A stretch of DNA of 64,000 nt from Ostreococcus lucimarinus (taxonomy: Eukaryota). The position numbers were made by a program, and so were the translations under genes. The stretch lies in the NCBI GenBank assembly GCA_000092065.1, contig CP000590.1; one strand, given 5' to 3'. The notes under the pieces were generated by a model. The model worked only from the letters and a program-made list of their open reading frames with translations. It was not told where the DNA came from and ran no database searches. How positions within the stretch are numbered: the first letter of the stretch is position 1; each line of letters starts with the position of its first letter. Below are positions 1 through 10,536 of this stretch, piece after piece.

Positions 1-1021
1 GACCTTTCGGTAGCGGCGGTGGATCTCGCGGCAGCGGTGACGGAACCGGCGGTCGAACGCCGATCGCGCCGATCTGTTTCGGCGCGTTCGCCATGCGCGG
101 CGTTGGGATCTTTCGAAGCGTCAAACCACTGGGCCGCGGCGCCGGCGCTTGCTTGCGAGGCGACGCGGGGAGTGGTATTTTCTTCGACTCCGCGCCACCG
201 GCGGTCACCTTGATCGACGTCATCGTTTCGGACGACTTCTCCGTCGGTTGCTGCTGTTTGTTCGTCTTCAGAGCCTCAACCTCTTGCTCTCGCTGTTTTT
301 CTAGCTCGGCCGCCGCCGCCGCCTCGGCGACGCGAGCCTCCTCCTCTTCTCGCTTCTTCATGGCTAATCTCTCCTCCTCGGCCGCGACTCGCTCCGCCTC
401 GCGCTTGGCGCGCTCCGCCTCGACCAACTGCGCGATCTCGGCGCGCTCTAGCTCCTCTCGTTTCGCTAAAAGCTCTTGCTCTTCGCGAAGCCGACGTTTA
501 CGCTCCTTCGCCGCCTCCTTCGCTCGAGCGATCTCTTCTAAACTCCGCGGCGTCCCTCTCGGCGATCGCGATTCGGGCGTTCGCGGCGATCCATCACCGC
601 TTCGCCCGCCATCGCTCGCGCCGTCGATTCTCTCTCCCTCGCCCCTCGCGCGCTTCCCCTCGCCGTTCGTCGCCCCTCGCTCCGCCGTCATCGCCGCCAC
701 CGCGCACGCCGCGCTCGCGCACGCCAGCGCCTTCGCCGTCGCCCACAGCGCGTCTACAAAATCACCGCTTCCGACGCCGCCGTCCCCTCGCAGCACGTTC
801 GCCAGCAGGCTTCCGCCGACGTACGGTTCGTCGCGCGCGTCGCCCCTCGCCCTCGCGCGCGCGTCCGATCCCTCCATCCGCGTCGCCGCCCCCGCGCACG
901 CCCCCGCGCACGCGCCCAGCGCGATCGCGAGCGCCCACGCGATCGCGCGCCGTCCGAACGTCGCGCGTCGCGCCTCGCGCGCGCGCGTCGCGTCCGCGCG
1001 CGCGATTCGCACCGACCGCAT
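1..1021 (-). CDS. Partial CDS running off the left edge. It has a signal/TM-like N-terminus, an E/K/R-rich coiled-coil middle and a Pro-rich C-terminal part.
   Basis: Hand translation of the minus strand. ATG at 1021..1019 gives MRSVRIARADATRAREARRATFGRRAIAWALAIALGACAGACAGAA..., then ...EEIARAKEAAKERKRRLREEQELLAKREELERAEIAQLVEAERAKRE..., then ...PLPASPRKQAPAPRP... There is no stop before position 1. It is not in the ORF track because the frame never terminates in the window. The composition is protein-like, unlike the S/A/R-rich plus ORF 93..1772. Confidence 0.3.
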   Translation of the reverse strand, partial: MRSVRIARADATRAREARRATFGRRAIAWALAIALGACAGACAGAATRMEGSDARARARGDARDEPYVGGSLLANVLRGDGGVGSGDFVDALWATAKALACASAACAVAAMTAERGATNGEGKRARGEGERIDGASDGGRSGDGSPRTPESRSPRGTPRSLEEIARAKEAAKERKRRLREEQELLAKREELERAEIAQLVEAERAKREAERVAAEEERLAMKKREEEEARVAEAAAAAELEKQREQEVEALKTNKQQQPTEKSSETMTSIKVTAGGAESKKIPLPASPRKQAPAPRPSGLTLRKIPTPRMANAPKQIGAIGVRPPVPSPLPRDPPPLPKG

Positions 1022-1236
1022 CGCGCGAATCGCCGCCGCGCCGCCGCGCCGCGCCGTCGCGACGCTGGTTCGCGCCGCCGCGCGAGTCTCGCGGCGCGTC
1101 GTCTCCCGCGCCCGGTCCGCGCGTCGCGCGCGCGTCGCGACGCGCGTCGCCGCGCGCGTCGATCTGTCGTCGTCGTCGTCTCGTCGATCTTCGCGCGTCC
1201 GCACACGCGCGCGCGCGTCGTCGCGCGCCTCGACGC

Positions 1237-1629
1237 ATGACGCTCGCGAATCGGACGCTCGACGCCGCGCGCCGCGCGCGCGCCGCCGCGTCGCGCGCCG
1301 CGAGCGCGACGTACGACGCGATCGCGCCCGAGGTGATCGCGCGGTACGAGAAAACCATGGCGGCGAACGCCGAGTACGTCGTGCGAGACCCGGCGCGGGC
1401 GAAGCGACTGGGACGCGAGTTCGTGTACACGAACCTGGCGCGGCTGCCGCGGGCGATCGAGGCGGCGACGGCGGAGGCGGCGGCGGCGAGGGCGACGGCG
1501 GCGCGAGCGCGAGCGGGCGAGGCGGACGTGGCGACGATCGGGACGGCGGTGGTGTTCGCGGCGGAGGTGTACGCGTGGTTTTGCGTGGGGGAGATCGTGG
1601 GACGGGGAGGGAAGCTGACGGGGTACTAG
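1237..1629 (+). CDS. Mitochondrial ATP synthase subunit g (ATP5L/ATP20 family)
   Basis: 130-aa ORF with ATG at 1237. The C-terminus EVYAWFCVGEIVGRGGKLTGY matches the subunit-g signature (animal EVWMWFYVGEIIGKRGIIGY). The upstream part KTMAANAEYVVRDPARAKRLGREFVYTNLARLP fits the subunit-g N-terminal region. Confidence 0.55.
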   Translation: MTLANRTLDAARRARAAASRAASATYDAIAPEVIARYEKTMAANAEYVVRDPARAKRLGREFVYTNLARLPRAIEAATAEAAAARATAARARAGEADVATIGTAVVFAAEVYAWFCVGEIVGRGGKLTGY

Positions 1630-1704
1630 ACGAGGGAGAGACGCGGGAGGCGCGCGCGCGACGCGACGAGACGAACGCGCGAGGGTCGTTTGAAAATAAA
1701 AATC

Positions 1705-2865
1705 CTACTCGAATCCTCTGGGCGCGCGACCGGGCGGAACGTACGCCGTGGGATCGAAACCTAACGCGGTGAAATCGTCGAGGTCGCGCGCGCCGGCGCG
1801 GGCGCGATCGGCGCGACCGTCGGTCATTTTCGGCGGGACGGGCTCGCCGCGTTTGGGAAGCGCTTCGATCGCCTCGCGCGCCTCGTCCTCGGTGAAGAAC
1901 AGGTTCATCTGGCGAAGTAATTGTCGACCGTCGCAATCGCCCACGCCGAGGTACTCGCCCACCAATCGTCTGCGCTGCACGACGCCGCCGAAGTCGGCCC
2001 AGACGTCGGCGTCGGCGTCGGCGTCGGCGACGAGCCCCCACTCGGCGAGCGCCTCGCGCGTGAACACCGCGCGATCTCGGTCGGCGCGGCGAGCGTCGGC
2101 GATCGCGCGCGCGATGTCCTCGCCCTCGCCGTGCTCGACGCCCACGTTCCCTCGCGCGTGCCACTTTCCGTCCTCTTTCGCCGAGCTCACGCGCGTGCCC
2201 ATAAACGCGTGCGCGGCGTCGGGAAAACGTCGCAAAAACGCATTCCTCAGCTGCCGCCCCGCGGTGTCGCAATCGAACAACACGACGATCGGTGCGTCAT
2301 ACTTTACGCTTAATTCCTCGATCTCATCCATTCTCTCGCGCTTCACCTCCATCTCGCCGTTCGGTCGCCTGCGAAACGCGCCTCGATGTCGCACCGCGAC
2401 GACTTTCGCTCGTTCGCTCGTAAATCCCGCCTTGTTTCGCACCGCTCGAACGTCCGCGCCGCCCTCGACGACGACGACGTATTCACACGCGTGTTTTCTC
2501 GCCTCCCTCGCGCGCTTTCGCGCGACGTACGCGTCGCGTTCTTTCCGCCGCGTCTCGCGCCGCGCGTCCCGCGGCGCGTCGTCGTCGTCGTACGCGCGAA
2601 CGAACGTCGACGCCGCGATGGACGTCGACGTCGACGTCGCCGAGTCATCGGTCGCGCGGCGTTCGTTCGCGTCGTCGTCGGCGCGCTTCGCGTCGTCGTC
2701 GGCGCGTCGTCGCGGTCGCCGTCGCGGAAGGAAAGCGCCGAGCGCGTCGTCGTTCGCGGCGGCTGGTCGCGCCGCGCGCCGACGCGCGCGCGAGACGCGC
2801 GACGCGCGACGCGCGAGCGCCGCCGACGGCGCGCGCGGCGCGATGGACGGCGCGCGGAGGGGCAT
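1705..2865 (-). CDS. Toprim-domain protein with a transit-peptide-like N-terminus
   Basis: 386-aa ORF with ATG at 2865. It contains YVVVVEGGADVRAV (conserved Glu) and IVVLFDCDTAGRQLRNAF (DxD), the two Toprim motifs. The N-terminus is R/A-rich. Confidence 0.45.
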   Translation of the reverse strand: MPLRAPSIAPRAPSAALARRASRVSRARRRAARPAAANDDALGAFLPRRRPRRRADDDAKRADDDANERRATDDSATSTSTSIAASTFVRAYDDDDAPRDARRETRRKERDAYVARKRAREARKHACEYVVVVEGGADVRAVRNKAGFTSERAKVVAVRHRGAFRRRPNGEMEVKRERMDEIEELSVKYDAPIVVLFDCDTAGRQLRNAFLRRFPDAAHAFMGTRVSSAKEDGKWHARGNVGVEHGEGEDIARAIADARRADRDRAVFTREALAEWGLVADADADADVWADFGGVVQRRRLVGEYLGVGDCDGRQLLRQMNLFFTEDEAREAIEALPKRGEPVPPKMTDGRADRARAGARDLDDFTALGFDPTAYVPPGRAPRGFE

Positions 2866-2952
2866 GGGGCGCGGCCGAATGCGGACGACGACGGCGGTCG
2901 AGCCGCCGTAACAGAACGGGCGAGCGAGGAGACTACGATTTCTTAAGTGTGA

Positions 2953-5103
2953 TTATTCCTTGGTCGATCTGCGGGCGCCCATGGCTAAGCACAAGTTACG
3001 CCTTGAAAACTTGACGCGGAACACCGGGGTGTTCTTGGTCGGGAACGTCTCGAGCGGGACGCGGCGGATGACTTCGCGTCTGGCCGCGGCGGCGTCGGCG
3101 GCGGCTTTCGCGGCGGCGGCCGCAGCCGCGGCGGCGGCGAGCGTCGCGGCGTCCGCGTCCGCGGGGACTTCTTTTAGCTTTTCTACCTCGTCGGCGGGGA
3201 CGGTTGCGTCCCAGACGCGCACGGTGTCGTCCGCACCACCGGAGACGAGTAAATTGCCGCCGCCGGCAAAGTCCATGGAATACACCGGACCAACGTGACC
3301 TTTGTACGAGATCACGCACGAGGCGCGCCTGAGATCCCACATGCAAATGCGACCGTCATCCGAGGCGCTGGCGATGGTTCGACCGTCGGGCGCGAATACT
3401 ATGGCGCGCACACCAGCGGCGTGACCGGCGAAAACGCGAACGCATTCGCCATCGAACATGTCCCACAGACGCACGGTGCGATCGGCGGAGCCGGTGGCGA
3501 CGTAATTACAGTTCGGATGCCACGCCACGCAATCGACGTTCGAAAGATGACCCACGAACATACGACGCGGGAAAGGCGCGTCCATCGCGTACACGCGCGC
3601 CACGCGGTCGTGACACGCGGTGGCGAAGTAGTGCCCGAAGGGACTCCACTGCACGTCCCAAATCGGATGCAGGTGACCTTCGTACGCGCACAGACATATC
3701 TTCAGCTCCATGCTCCACACGCGCACGTGGCAGTCTCGCGACACCGATAACAAAAACTTTCCACACGGGCTAAACGCGACTTGTTGCACGGGCGCGCTGT
3801 GGCCGACGAACTCAGTCATCGGAATCGATCGCGGCGTCTTTGCGTCGCGATCAACCGGAATCTCTTTGTCCTTGTCGTCTTCATCTTCTTCTTCTAAATG
3901 CCAAACGCGCACGACAGAGTCCGAAAAGCCACCAGCCACGTGCTTGACGTCGCCCGTGGCGTCGGCGCAGATTAACAATCCGTGCGCGTGCGTGAATGTG
4001 AAGAACGCCACCGTGGGTAGGACATCCTTCGAAAGCCTTATTCGCCACCGCAAATCCTCCAAAGCCTCTTCGAATGCGTCGTAATCGAGCTGTGGCACCG
4101 GTACCTTGCCTTTGATCACGTTCGGCGGATCTTCGAGCATGGCCACCGGATACTCGGCTTCCGTTTTCTTCTCGGGCGCGTCCTCCATCTCCTCATCCCC
4201 ACCCGCGGCGTCTCGTTCTTCAGCGGCGGCGGCTTCTTCCTTCTTCTGCTTCTTCGACTTCTTCGCCTCTTCGCGCGCCTTCGCCGCCGCTTCTTTTTCC
4301 TTTTCCTTTGATTCCTTTCTAAACTGCTTCACCCTCTCGATTTCCAAGCACGAGTCCACTAATCCCCATCGGCCCTTGATGCTGTTAAATTTGCGTTGCG
4401 CCTCAGGCGCGCGTCCGGTGATGACCACAGAACCCTCTTTCTCGTCCTCGTACGGACTCGGTTCGCCCTTCAACACTTCCACGCACAGGTGCGCGTTCAA
4501 CACCGCCAACATCGAGATGAGATTTTGCGCGTGTAAAAACTTGACCAGCAACTCAAACGAATACTGCGTCATTTTCAGGCTCACCTTGTTATCCAAAAAC
4601 TTCCTCGCGACCGGGTCCGTGAGCACGTGCTCGGGATCGCTCAGCGCGCTCAACGCCGCCAAATCCTCCCCGTACAGCCGCATGTGGTCCGCGTGGTGCG
4701 TCGCGTAAAACTCTCGCGCGTCCTCCGCGTATCCCTTCTTCACCAAATCCAGCAACACGTGCGCGAACATCGGGAACAGCACCCTACACAGTTCACTCTT
4801 GTACATATCCAACGAATTTTGCGCCCACTCTCGCAGCGTCGCGTATCCGCTCGCCGCGCCTCGCGGATCCGTCTCCGTCTCCGCGTGGTACAGCAAGTGA
4901 TCGCTGATCGCCGCGTCCGCGCCCATCGCGCTCGCGACGCTCATCCCGCTCGCCGCGTCCGCCTCCGCCAATCGCTTCGCCAGTCCGCTCTCCGTGCGCA
5001 GGACGCCCGCGGCGTTCCTGTACCCTCGGCGCTGCAGGTAGCGCAGCACGACCCGATCGAGCGCGTCGTTTTCGCTCGGCGTCTCTTCGCTCGGGTGCGA
5101 CAT
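2953..5103 (-). CDS. TAF5: Transcription initiation factor TFIID subunit 5 (TAF5)
   Basis: 716 aa with ATG at 5103. An N-terminal LisH motif (ALDRVVLRYLQRRGYRNAAGVL) is followed by a TAF5 NTD2-like region (DMYKSELCRVLFPMFAHVLLDLVKKGYAEDAREFY). An acidic/K-rich linker follows, then about 6 WD40 repeats (GHSAPV..VSRDCHVRVWS..GHLHPIWDVQW..GHLSNVDCVAWHP..TGSADRTVRLWD..) and an Ala-rich tail. Confidence 0.8.
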   Translation of the reverse strand: MSHPSEETPSENDALDRVVLRYLQRRGYRNAAGVLRTESGLAKRLAEADAASGMSVASAMGADAAISDHLLYHAETETDPRGAASGYATLREWAQNSLDMYKSELCRVLFPMFAHVLLDLVKKGYAEDAREFYATHHADHMRLYGEDLAALSALSDPEHVLTDPVARKFLDNKVSLKMTQYSFELLVKFLHAQNLISMLAVLNAHLCVEVLKGEPSPYEDEKEGSVVITGRAPEAQRKFNSIKGRWGLVDSCLEIERVKQFRKESKEKEKEAAAKAREEAKKSKKQKKEEAAAAEERDAAGGDEEMEDAPEKKTEAEYPVAMLEDPPNVIKGKVPVPQLDYDAFEEALEDLRWRIRLSKDVLPTVAFFTFTHAHGLLICADATGDVKHVAGGFSDSVVRVWHLEEEDEDDKDKEIPVDRDAKTPRSIPMTEFVGHSAPVQQVAFSPCGKFLLSVSRDCHVRVWSMELKICLCAYEGHLHPIWDVQWSPFGHYFATACHDRVARVYAMDAPFPRRMFVGHLSNVDCVAWHPNCNYVATGSADRTVRLWDMFDGECVRVFAGHAAGVRAIVFAPDGRTIASASDDGRICMWDLRRASCVISYKGHVGPVYSMDFAGGGNLLVSGGADDTVRVWDATVPADEVEKLKEVPADADAATLAAAAAAAAAAKAAADAAAARREVIRRVPLETFPTKNTPVFRVKFSRRNLCLAMGARRSTKE

Positions 5104-5273
5104 CGAGCGCGCGCGCGCGTCGCGCGACGCGCGCGCGTTCCGCGCCGCGACGACGCGCGGTCGAACGCGCGCGTTCTGCGCCGCGCGCGGCGACGAGTGC
5201 GGCGATCGGGCGTCGACGATCGAATTCGACCGCGGGCGACGAGAATCGCGACACTCGACGGCGCGCCGCGACG

Positions 5274-6128
5274 ATGGAGATCGTCGCCAACGCCCTGGTG
5301 TACGTCGGGGGGTATGTGTTCTTGGTGTTCATGGCGGTGTGCCTCGCCACCGGTGCGTGCGACGCGCGAACGCGCCGACGACGCGACGCGATGATCCGAT
5401 TCGTTGGGTGACGATGGCGCGGCGACGGGGGGCGCGGTGGCGCGCGCGCGAGGCGTGGATCGCGGCGATGAGACGCGAGGCGCGGTGAGGCGCGCGCGAG
5501 CGCGAGGACTGACGGACGACGCGGCGAACGCGCGACGCGCGCAGGGTTGTACTACCTCGCGGAGATGGTCGAAGAGTACACGCGGTTGACGAAGAAGGTG
5601 CTCGATTGGTCGATCAAGGCGTCGTACGGGTTTCACGCGCTGCTGTTCATCGTCGATCGCATGCCGTTCTTCGCGTGCGCGGTGAGTTGTTTGGCGCAGT
5701 TCGCGTACTCGCGGATGTTGAAGCGGTTTCCGTTCATAGACTTTACGAGCGGAGAGTTTTTGGGTTCGCTCGCGGCGATGGGCGCGACGCACTGGGTGTG
5801 GGTGCGACACTTTCACAGCACTTATCACAGCACCGAGTACGTGCTCGGCTTTTTCTTCATGATCGTCTGGTTCGTGCCGTTTGGGTTCTTCATTAGCATC
5901 GCCGCGAACGAGAGCGTTTTGCCGGGCGGAGCCACAGTGCCGGGGGCGCCGAGTAGCGGCAACCTCGGTGGATACGACCCCAATAGAGGTGGCGGCAAAA
6001 AGACGAGGAACGCGTTGTTGATGCTGTTAGATACGCTCAAGTTGTACTGGACGCGACTCAGCGAACGCTTCATGCCCAAAGGCGGCATCCCGGGAACGTA
6101 TCGCGATACCCATCAGAAGGGATGGTAA
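5274..6128 (+). CDS. TEX261-family membrane protein; two exons (5274..5352 and 5545..6128)
   Basis: Exon 1 (ATG at 5274) encodes MEIVANALVYVGGYVFLVFMAVCLAT + G (phase 1). Donor G|GTGCGTGCG is at 5353, the branch box GGACTGACGG is near 5508, and the acceptor CGCGCAG|GG is at 5544. Exon 2 continues LYYLAEMVEEYTRLTKKVLDWSIKASYGFHALLFIVDRMPFF... The junction ATGLYYLAEMVEEYT matches human TEX261 AAGLYYLAELIEEYT. The ORF track shows only exon 2, starting from a TTG. Confidence 0.6.
5353..5544 (+). other. Spliceosomal intron (192 bp) of the TEX261-like gene
   Basis: GTGCGTG donor, CTGAC branch about 30 nt upstream of the AG, and a CGCGCAG acceptor. It restores a TEX261-conserved junction. Confidence 0.6.
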
Positions 6129-6256
6129 GATCAGCGAGACGCGCGCGCGCGTGATTTGAACGACCAACGACATTGCAATCGAATTTATTCTATCATCGCT
6201 CGGCGCCAGAAATGAGGGACTAAGGTTTTTGTTACACGATGCGCCGTACACGCACG

Positions 6257-7159
6257 CTACGCCGTCACTTGCGAACTCAGCTTGGCGTTGAGCGAACGCA
6301 ACACGCTCAAAGAGCTCCCTTGAATGAAGTGCTGCTTCACCGCGTTATTCGCCATCACCACCGGATCGATACTCGTCGAGCGCTCAGGCATGAAACCGCC
6401 GGTACGCTGCATGGCTTCGGCTTGCGCCAACAACGGTTGCAACTGCTTCGCCGTGTGCACGATTGCCCCCGCCGCGTTCAGTCCCTCCTTCACTCGCGCG
6501 TTTTCCTTACCAACCGCCGCCGTGATGGCTTGAATTCTACCAACAACTTCAACGTGCGATTCTAACTCCTTGTCCAACGCCTTACACTCCTTTTCACTCG
6601 TCGTCTTCAACGCCCTCGCTCGAGAGATTCGCGCTCGCAGCGAGCGCAACTCCCCGTCCAACGCGCTTTCCTCCTCTTCACTCACGCTCGGCAGCGCGTC
6701 AATCTCTTCCACGCGCGACTCATACTCAATCACTTCGCTCGGAATCGCGAAGCACGCCGCTTTGGCGTGCGAACAGAACCGATTAAAGTTGTCGCCAATC
6801 TTCAACTGCAGCTTCGCGTACAGCGCGTCCAAACCGTGCTTAAACGCCGCCTTCGTGCGCTCATCCGGGTCCGTCTCCTCGTTCAAGCACGACTCGAGCG
6901 CGTCGAACCCTTCGGCGGCGTAATGTTCCACCTATTCGCGTCGTCACGTCGCGTCGTCAGTCCTCATTCGCGCGTCGCGTCGCGCATTTCGCGTCGCGAG
7001 GGGAACCACGACGAATTTGAAATTTTCAAACCGTCGCGCGCGTCGCGTCGCGCGTTCGAGCGCTCGCGGGCGACGCACCGCGTTCGTGATGTCATCGCAC
7101 ACGTCTTTCGAGCGTTCGCGCTGTTCGCGCGCGCGCGCGCACGGAATCGGGTCGGGCAT
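6257..7159 (-). CDS. Coiled-coil protein, possibly Mis12/Mtw1-family kinetochore protein; two exons (7159..7079 and 6931..6257)
   Basis: The track ORF 6257..6931 starts at a GTG immediately after a TAG. Upstream on the minus strand is a GGACTGACGACG branch box (about 6955-6963). A GTGCGTC donor at 7078 follows an in-frame exon with ATG at 7159 (MPDPIPCARAREQRERSKDVCDDITNA, 27 codons, phase 0). The spliced product continues VEHYAAEGFDALESCL...LDALYAKLQLKIGDNFNRFCSHAKAACFAIPSEV, which resembles the Mis12 N-terminal box (..F.KFE.Y..RNIF.IP..). Coiled coil follows. Confidence 0.4.
6932..7078 (-). other. Spliceosomal intron (147 bp)
   Basis: Minus-strand donor GTGCGTC (7078..7072), branch GGACTGACG, acceptor AATAG| at 6932. 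The 5' exon supplies the only ATG. Confidence 0.45.
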
Positions 7160-7223
7160 GCGCGCGCGATTATGCGGCAACAGCCGGGCGTTTGGCACCA
7201 ACACGACTAGACTACGGCTATCG

Positions 7224-8687
7224 CTACGGGTATAGCGCGTCGCGGGCGTCCGCGTCCAACGTCAACTCGCGATCGCCGAGGTTGACGTACCAATAAATAG
7301 CGCCAGAAACGTACACGAAGGCGATGACGGCGAAGACTAAGGACCAGGAATCGGAGGCGTCGAGGATGGCGCCGCTGACGGGCACGGCGAGCGCGCCGGC
7401 GAGCGTGGCGGCGGTGTTGCCGGTGGCGAAGACCATGCCGGCGTGTCGAGGCGCGATGTCTAGATGCGAGACGCTCACGCCCGCGAGTGTCAGGGCGGAG
7501 AGCGCGAGACCGAGGTCTACGGCGACGGCGGCGAGCGTGGCGTTGCCTTCGGCGAGCGGCGACGCGGCGACGAGGAGGCACAGCGCGGGGCCGAGCGTGC
7601 CGGCGCACTGCGCCGCGCGTCTCACCGTTTTCACCCGCACGTTTTTGTTGTGAATGAGGTCGTCTGCGATGATACCGACGCCGAATCCGAGGACGCCTTG
7701 AAGAATGTACGGCGCGAACGTGAAGGCTGGGAGGTCGGCCAAATCGACGCCTTGCGCCTCGTTAAAGTACGTCGGCAGCCAACTCAGAAGGCCGTACATG
7801 CCCCAGCTCTGCGTGAATTGCGCGACGCAAATCGCGCGCACTTCCTTGCGACGTATCAGCTCCGTCCAAATCGCGAACGACGCCGGCGGCTTCGTCGCCG
7901 TGGCGCTCGATTCCGCGATGAATCGTCTCGTCTCCGCGTCTTCGATTTCATCGTCTACGCCGCGCGGCTCGCGATGGTCCGGAAGTGCGAACCAAAACGG
8001 TGCCCACAACAGCGCGATCGCGCCAAAGCTATAAAACGCACTCGGCCATCCGAACTCGCTCACTAATCCCGGCGTCACCGCGAACGCGAACGCCGCGCCC
8101 GCGTAGGAAGCCGCAGTCACCGCCGCCACCGCCGTCGACCGCTTCTCCCTCGGCACCTCTCTCGCGATGAGCGCGTGACACGCCGGAAACGCCAAACCCT
8201 CACCCATGCCCAAAATCACCCGCATCGCGATCAACGGCGCGATCCCCGCGCGCGCCGCCGCCGGCGTCAGCGCCGTCGCCGCCGACCACGCCGCGACGCC
8301 CCAACCCAGCGTCGTCTTCCCGCCCGCTCGATCCGCCCACCGTCCTCCCACGATCTGCGTCGCCCCGTATCCGTAAAAAAACGCGCTCAGCACCAACCCT
8401 TCCTCGAATTTATCCCACCCGAACCCATCCTTCATCGCGACGATCGCGGTCGAAATGTTTGAGCGGTCCGCGTAGCACGTCGCCACCGCGAACGCGCACG
8501 CCGCCGTCGTCCCGAGCCAGGCTCGTCCCGCGTCCGCCTCGCGCCGATCGCGCGCCGGCGCGTCGCCGCCGCCGTCGCCGTCGTCGTCGTCGTCGCGCGC
8601 GAGCGTCGCGAGCTCGATCTCGCGCGTCGCGCGCGCGTCGTCGTCGTCGCGCGCGCGCGAGAGTTCGTTACGTCCTCCCGTCGCCAT
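7224..8687 (-). CDS. Major facilitator superfamily anion/phosphate transporter (SLC17/PHT4-ANTR-like)
   Basis: The real start is probably the ATG at 8687 (MATGGRNELSRARDDDD...). About 12 TM segments follow, with MFS motifs (GGRWADRAGGK, ILGMGEGLAFPA, SWLPTYF). The 313 codons upstream of it in the track ORF are S/R low-complexity and overlap the divergent GT2 gene. Confidence 0.65.
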   Translation of the reverse strand: MATGGRNELSRARDDDDARATREIELATLARDDDDDGDGGGDAPARDRREADAGRAWLGTTAACAFAVATCYADRSNISTAIVAMKDGFGWDKFEEGLVLSAFFYGYGATQIVGGRWADRAGGKTTLGWGVAAWSAATALTPAAARAGIAPLIAMRVILGMGEGLAFPACHALIAREVPREKRSTAVAAVTAASYAGAAFAFAVTPGLVSEFGWPSAFYSFGAIALLWAPFWFALPDHREPRGVDDEIEDAETRRFIAESSATATKPPASFAIWTELIRRKEVRAICVAQFTQSWGMYGLLSWLPTYFNEAQGVDLADLPAFTFAPYILQGVLGFGVGIIADDLIHNKNVRVKTVRRAAQCAGTLGPALCLLVAASPLAEGNATLAAVAVDLGLALSALTLAGVSVSHLDIAPRHAGMVFATGNTAATLAGALAVPVSGAILDASDSWSLVFAVIAFVYVSGAIYWYVNLGDRELTLDADARDALYP

Positions 8688-8835
8688 CGTCGTCGTCCCG
8701 CGCGTCGCGCGCGTCGCGCGCGTCGCGTCCGCGCGCGCCGCGCGATTCGTCGTCGACGCTCGCGCCGCGCGCGTCGACGCGCGCGCGAGCCCGCCGACGC
8801 GAGACGCCGCTCGAGCGCGCATTCGCCGCCGCGCA

Positions 8836-10215
8836 ATGCCGCGCGACGACGACGACGCGCGCGCGGCGCCGCGCGCGAAGCGCTCGAGGACGCGCGCGGG
8901 CGCGGGCGCGACGCCGGAGATCAGCGTGCTGATGCCCGCGCGCAACGCCATGCCCTGGCTCGCGGCGTGCGTGGAGAGCGTGCTGACGCAGCGCGACGTC
9001 GCGCTCGAGCTCGTCGTCGGCGACGACGGCAGCGACGACGGCACGCGCGAGTGGCTGCTGACGCTCGAGCGCGCGCTCGAAGCGCGAGACTCGAACGCGT
9101 CGAGCGACGCGGGGACGCGCGCGAGCGATGGGTTCGCGGAGGACGCGCTGACGGGGGACGCGACGCGGGCGCGGAGGCGAGGCGCGGAGGACGTCGCGAG
9201 AGCGGCGTCGAGGACGTGCGAGATGCGCGTGCTGTTGCTCGATCGCGACCGGGAGGGGAAGAGTCCGAGTGGACAAGGGTTGGCGCTGAACGCGTGCTTC
9301 GAGGCGTCGCGAGGAGCGTTGGTGGGGGAGATGGAGTCGGATGATTTGCGGCCGCCGGACGCGTTTCGATCGCTCGCCGACGCGCTCGAGGCGAACGCGG
9401 AGTGGGACGCGGCGACGTCGCGCATCGAGCTGTGTGGGACGGAGCGCGAGGGGATGAAAAGGTTCGAACGGTGGCAAAATGGCTTGCTCGAACCGCGCGA
9501 GCTGGCGCGAGGTCGATTTATTGAGATTCCCGCGCTTCGCGCGTCGGCGCTCTTTCGGCGAGCCAAGCTCGAAGAGTTGCGCGCCAAGACGCCCGAGGGG
9601 GCGTTGTACAGAGACTTGTGGCGCACGGACGACGGCGCGGTGTCGGATTTCGCGACGTGCGCCAGAGGAACGCCGGCGCCGGACGCGCGTCCGCATCGAT
9701 GGTGGCCGGTGGATTCCGACTTTTGGCACCGCTGGTTTCACCACGGTTTCACCGTCGGCAAGGTGCCGCGCGCGCTGTATTACTGGCGACAGTACGACGC
9801 TCAATCCACGCGCACACACTCGCGGTGCTCGCTCGAGCAGCTTCGTCGATGCAAGGCGTACTTCCTCGTCGCCGCCGCGCTCGAGGGCCAGTTTTCCGCG
9901 ACGCCGTTGCGCGAAATTCGCGTGTACAGCGTCGGCGAAACCCTTCGCGCGTGGAGCGAAGCCGTGCGTCGAGAGATCGACTGCCAGTGCCCCCGACGCC
10001 GTCCGAGCGACATTCCGCGCCTCATCGTCGCCCCTCGCGCGCACAAACCCGCCGCACTGTGTGCGTCCGGGTTTCTCGCGCGCGACGTCGACTCGGACGA
10101 CGATTCCGTCCTTCGCGTCTTCGCCTTTGGTTCCGAGCGACCTCGCGAGCGCGTCGCCGCCGCCGTCGCCGCGCTCGCGCGTCCGGACCGTTTTCCCCAC
10201 GTCTTCGTCGCCTAG
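8836..10215 (+). CDS. Family-2 glycosyltransferase (GT-A fold)
   Basis: ATG at 8836. ISVLMPARNAMPWLAACVESVLTQRDVALELVVGDDGSDDGT is the GT2 N-terminal nucleotide-binding signature, and EMESDD is DxD-like. It is divergent from the MFS gene with about 150 bp between the two ATGs. Confidence 0.6.
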   Translation: MPRDDDDARAAPRAKRSRTRAGAGATPEISVLMPARNAMPWLAACVESVLTQRDVALELVVGDDGSDDGTREWLLTLERALEARDSNASSDAGTRASDGFAEDALTGDATRARRRGAEDVARAASRTCEMRVLLLDRDREGKSPSGQGLALNACFEASRGALVGEMESDDLRPPDAFRSLADALEANAEWDAATSRIELCGTEREGMKRFERWQNGLLEPRELARGRFIEIPALRASALFRRAKLEELRAKTPEGALYRDLWRTDDGAVSDFATCARGTPAPDARPHRWWPVDSDFWHRWFHHGFTVGKVPRALYYWRQYDAQSTRTHSRCSLEQLRRCKAYFLVAAALEGQFSATPLREIRVYSVGETLRAWSEAVRREIDCQCPRRRPSDIPRLIVAPRAHKPAALCASGFLARDVDSDDDSVLRVFAFGSERPRERVAAAVAALARPDRFPHVFVA

Positions 10216-10536
10216 CCCTTCCCGTCGTCGTCGACTTTGTATCGCATCCCACGATTCCGCCCTCGCGCCGCGCTTCGGTCCCATCGCGCGCGTCGTCGAC
10301 GACGCCGCGTTCGCCGGTCAACCGTCGTCGTCGCCGCCGTCGCGCGTCGCGGTTCGCGCTGCATTGCTCTGCAATCCACCGAGCGACGCGCGTCCGTCGT
10401 CACAATCGAGCGCGCGTCAGAATTCGACCGCGGATCGCGCGAACGAAAGAAAACACCCTCGCGCGCGCGCCTCGCGCCTCGCGCGACCCGAACGCGCGCG
10501 CGCGACGCGACGCGCGACGCATTCGTCGCGGCGCGA

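Noticed and set aside
93-1772. 559-aa plus-strand ORF
   Set aside because: It is S/A/R-dominated low complexity, typical of an open GC-rich frame. It overlaps the homology-supported ATP synthase subunit g gene (1237..1629) in another frame and the protein-like minus-strand partial gene (1..1021).
8668-10284. 538-aa minus-strand ORF
   Set aside because: It is antisense to the GT2 glycosyltransferase, which has diagnostic motifs. It is R/A-rich and has no recognisable domains.
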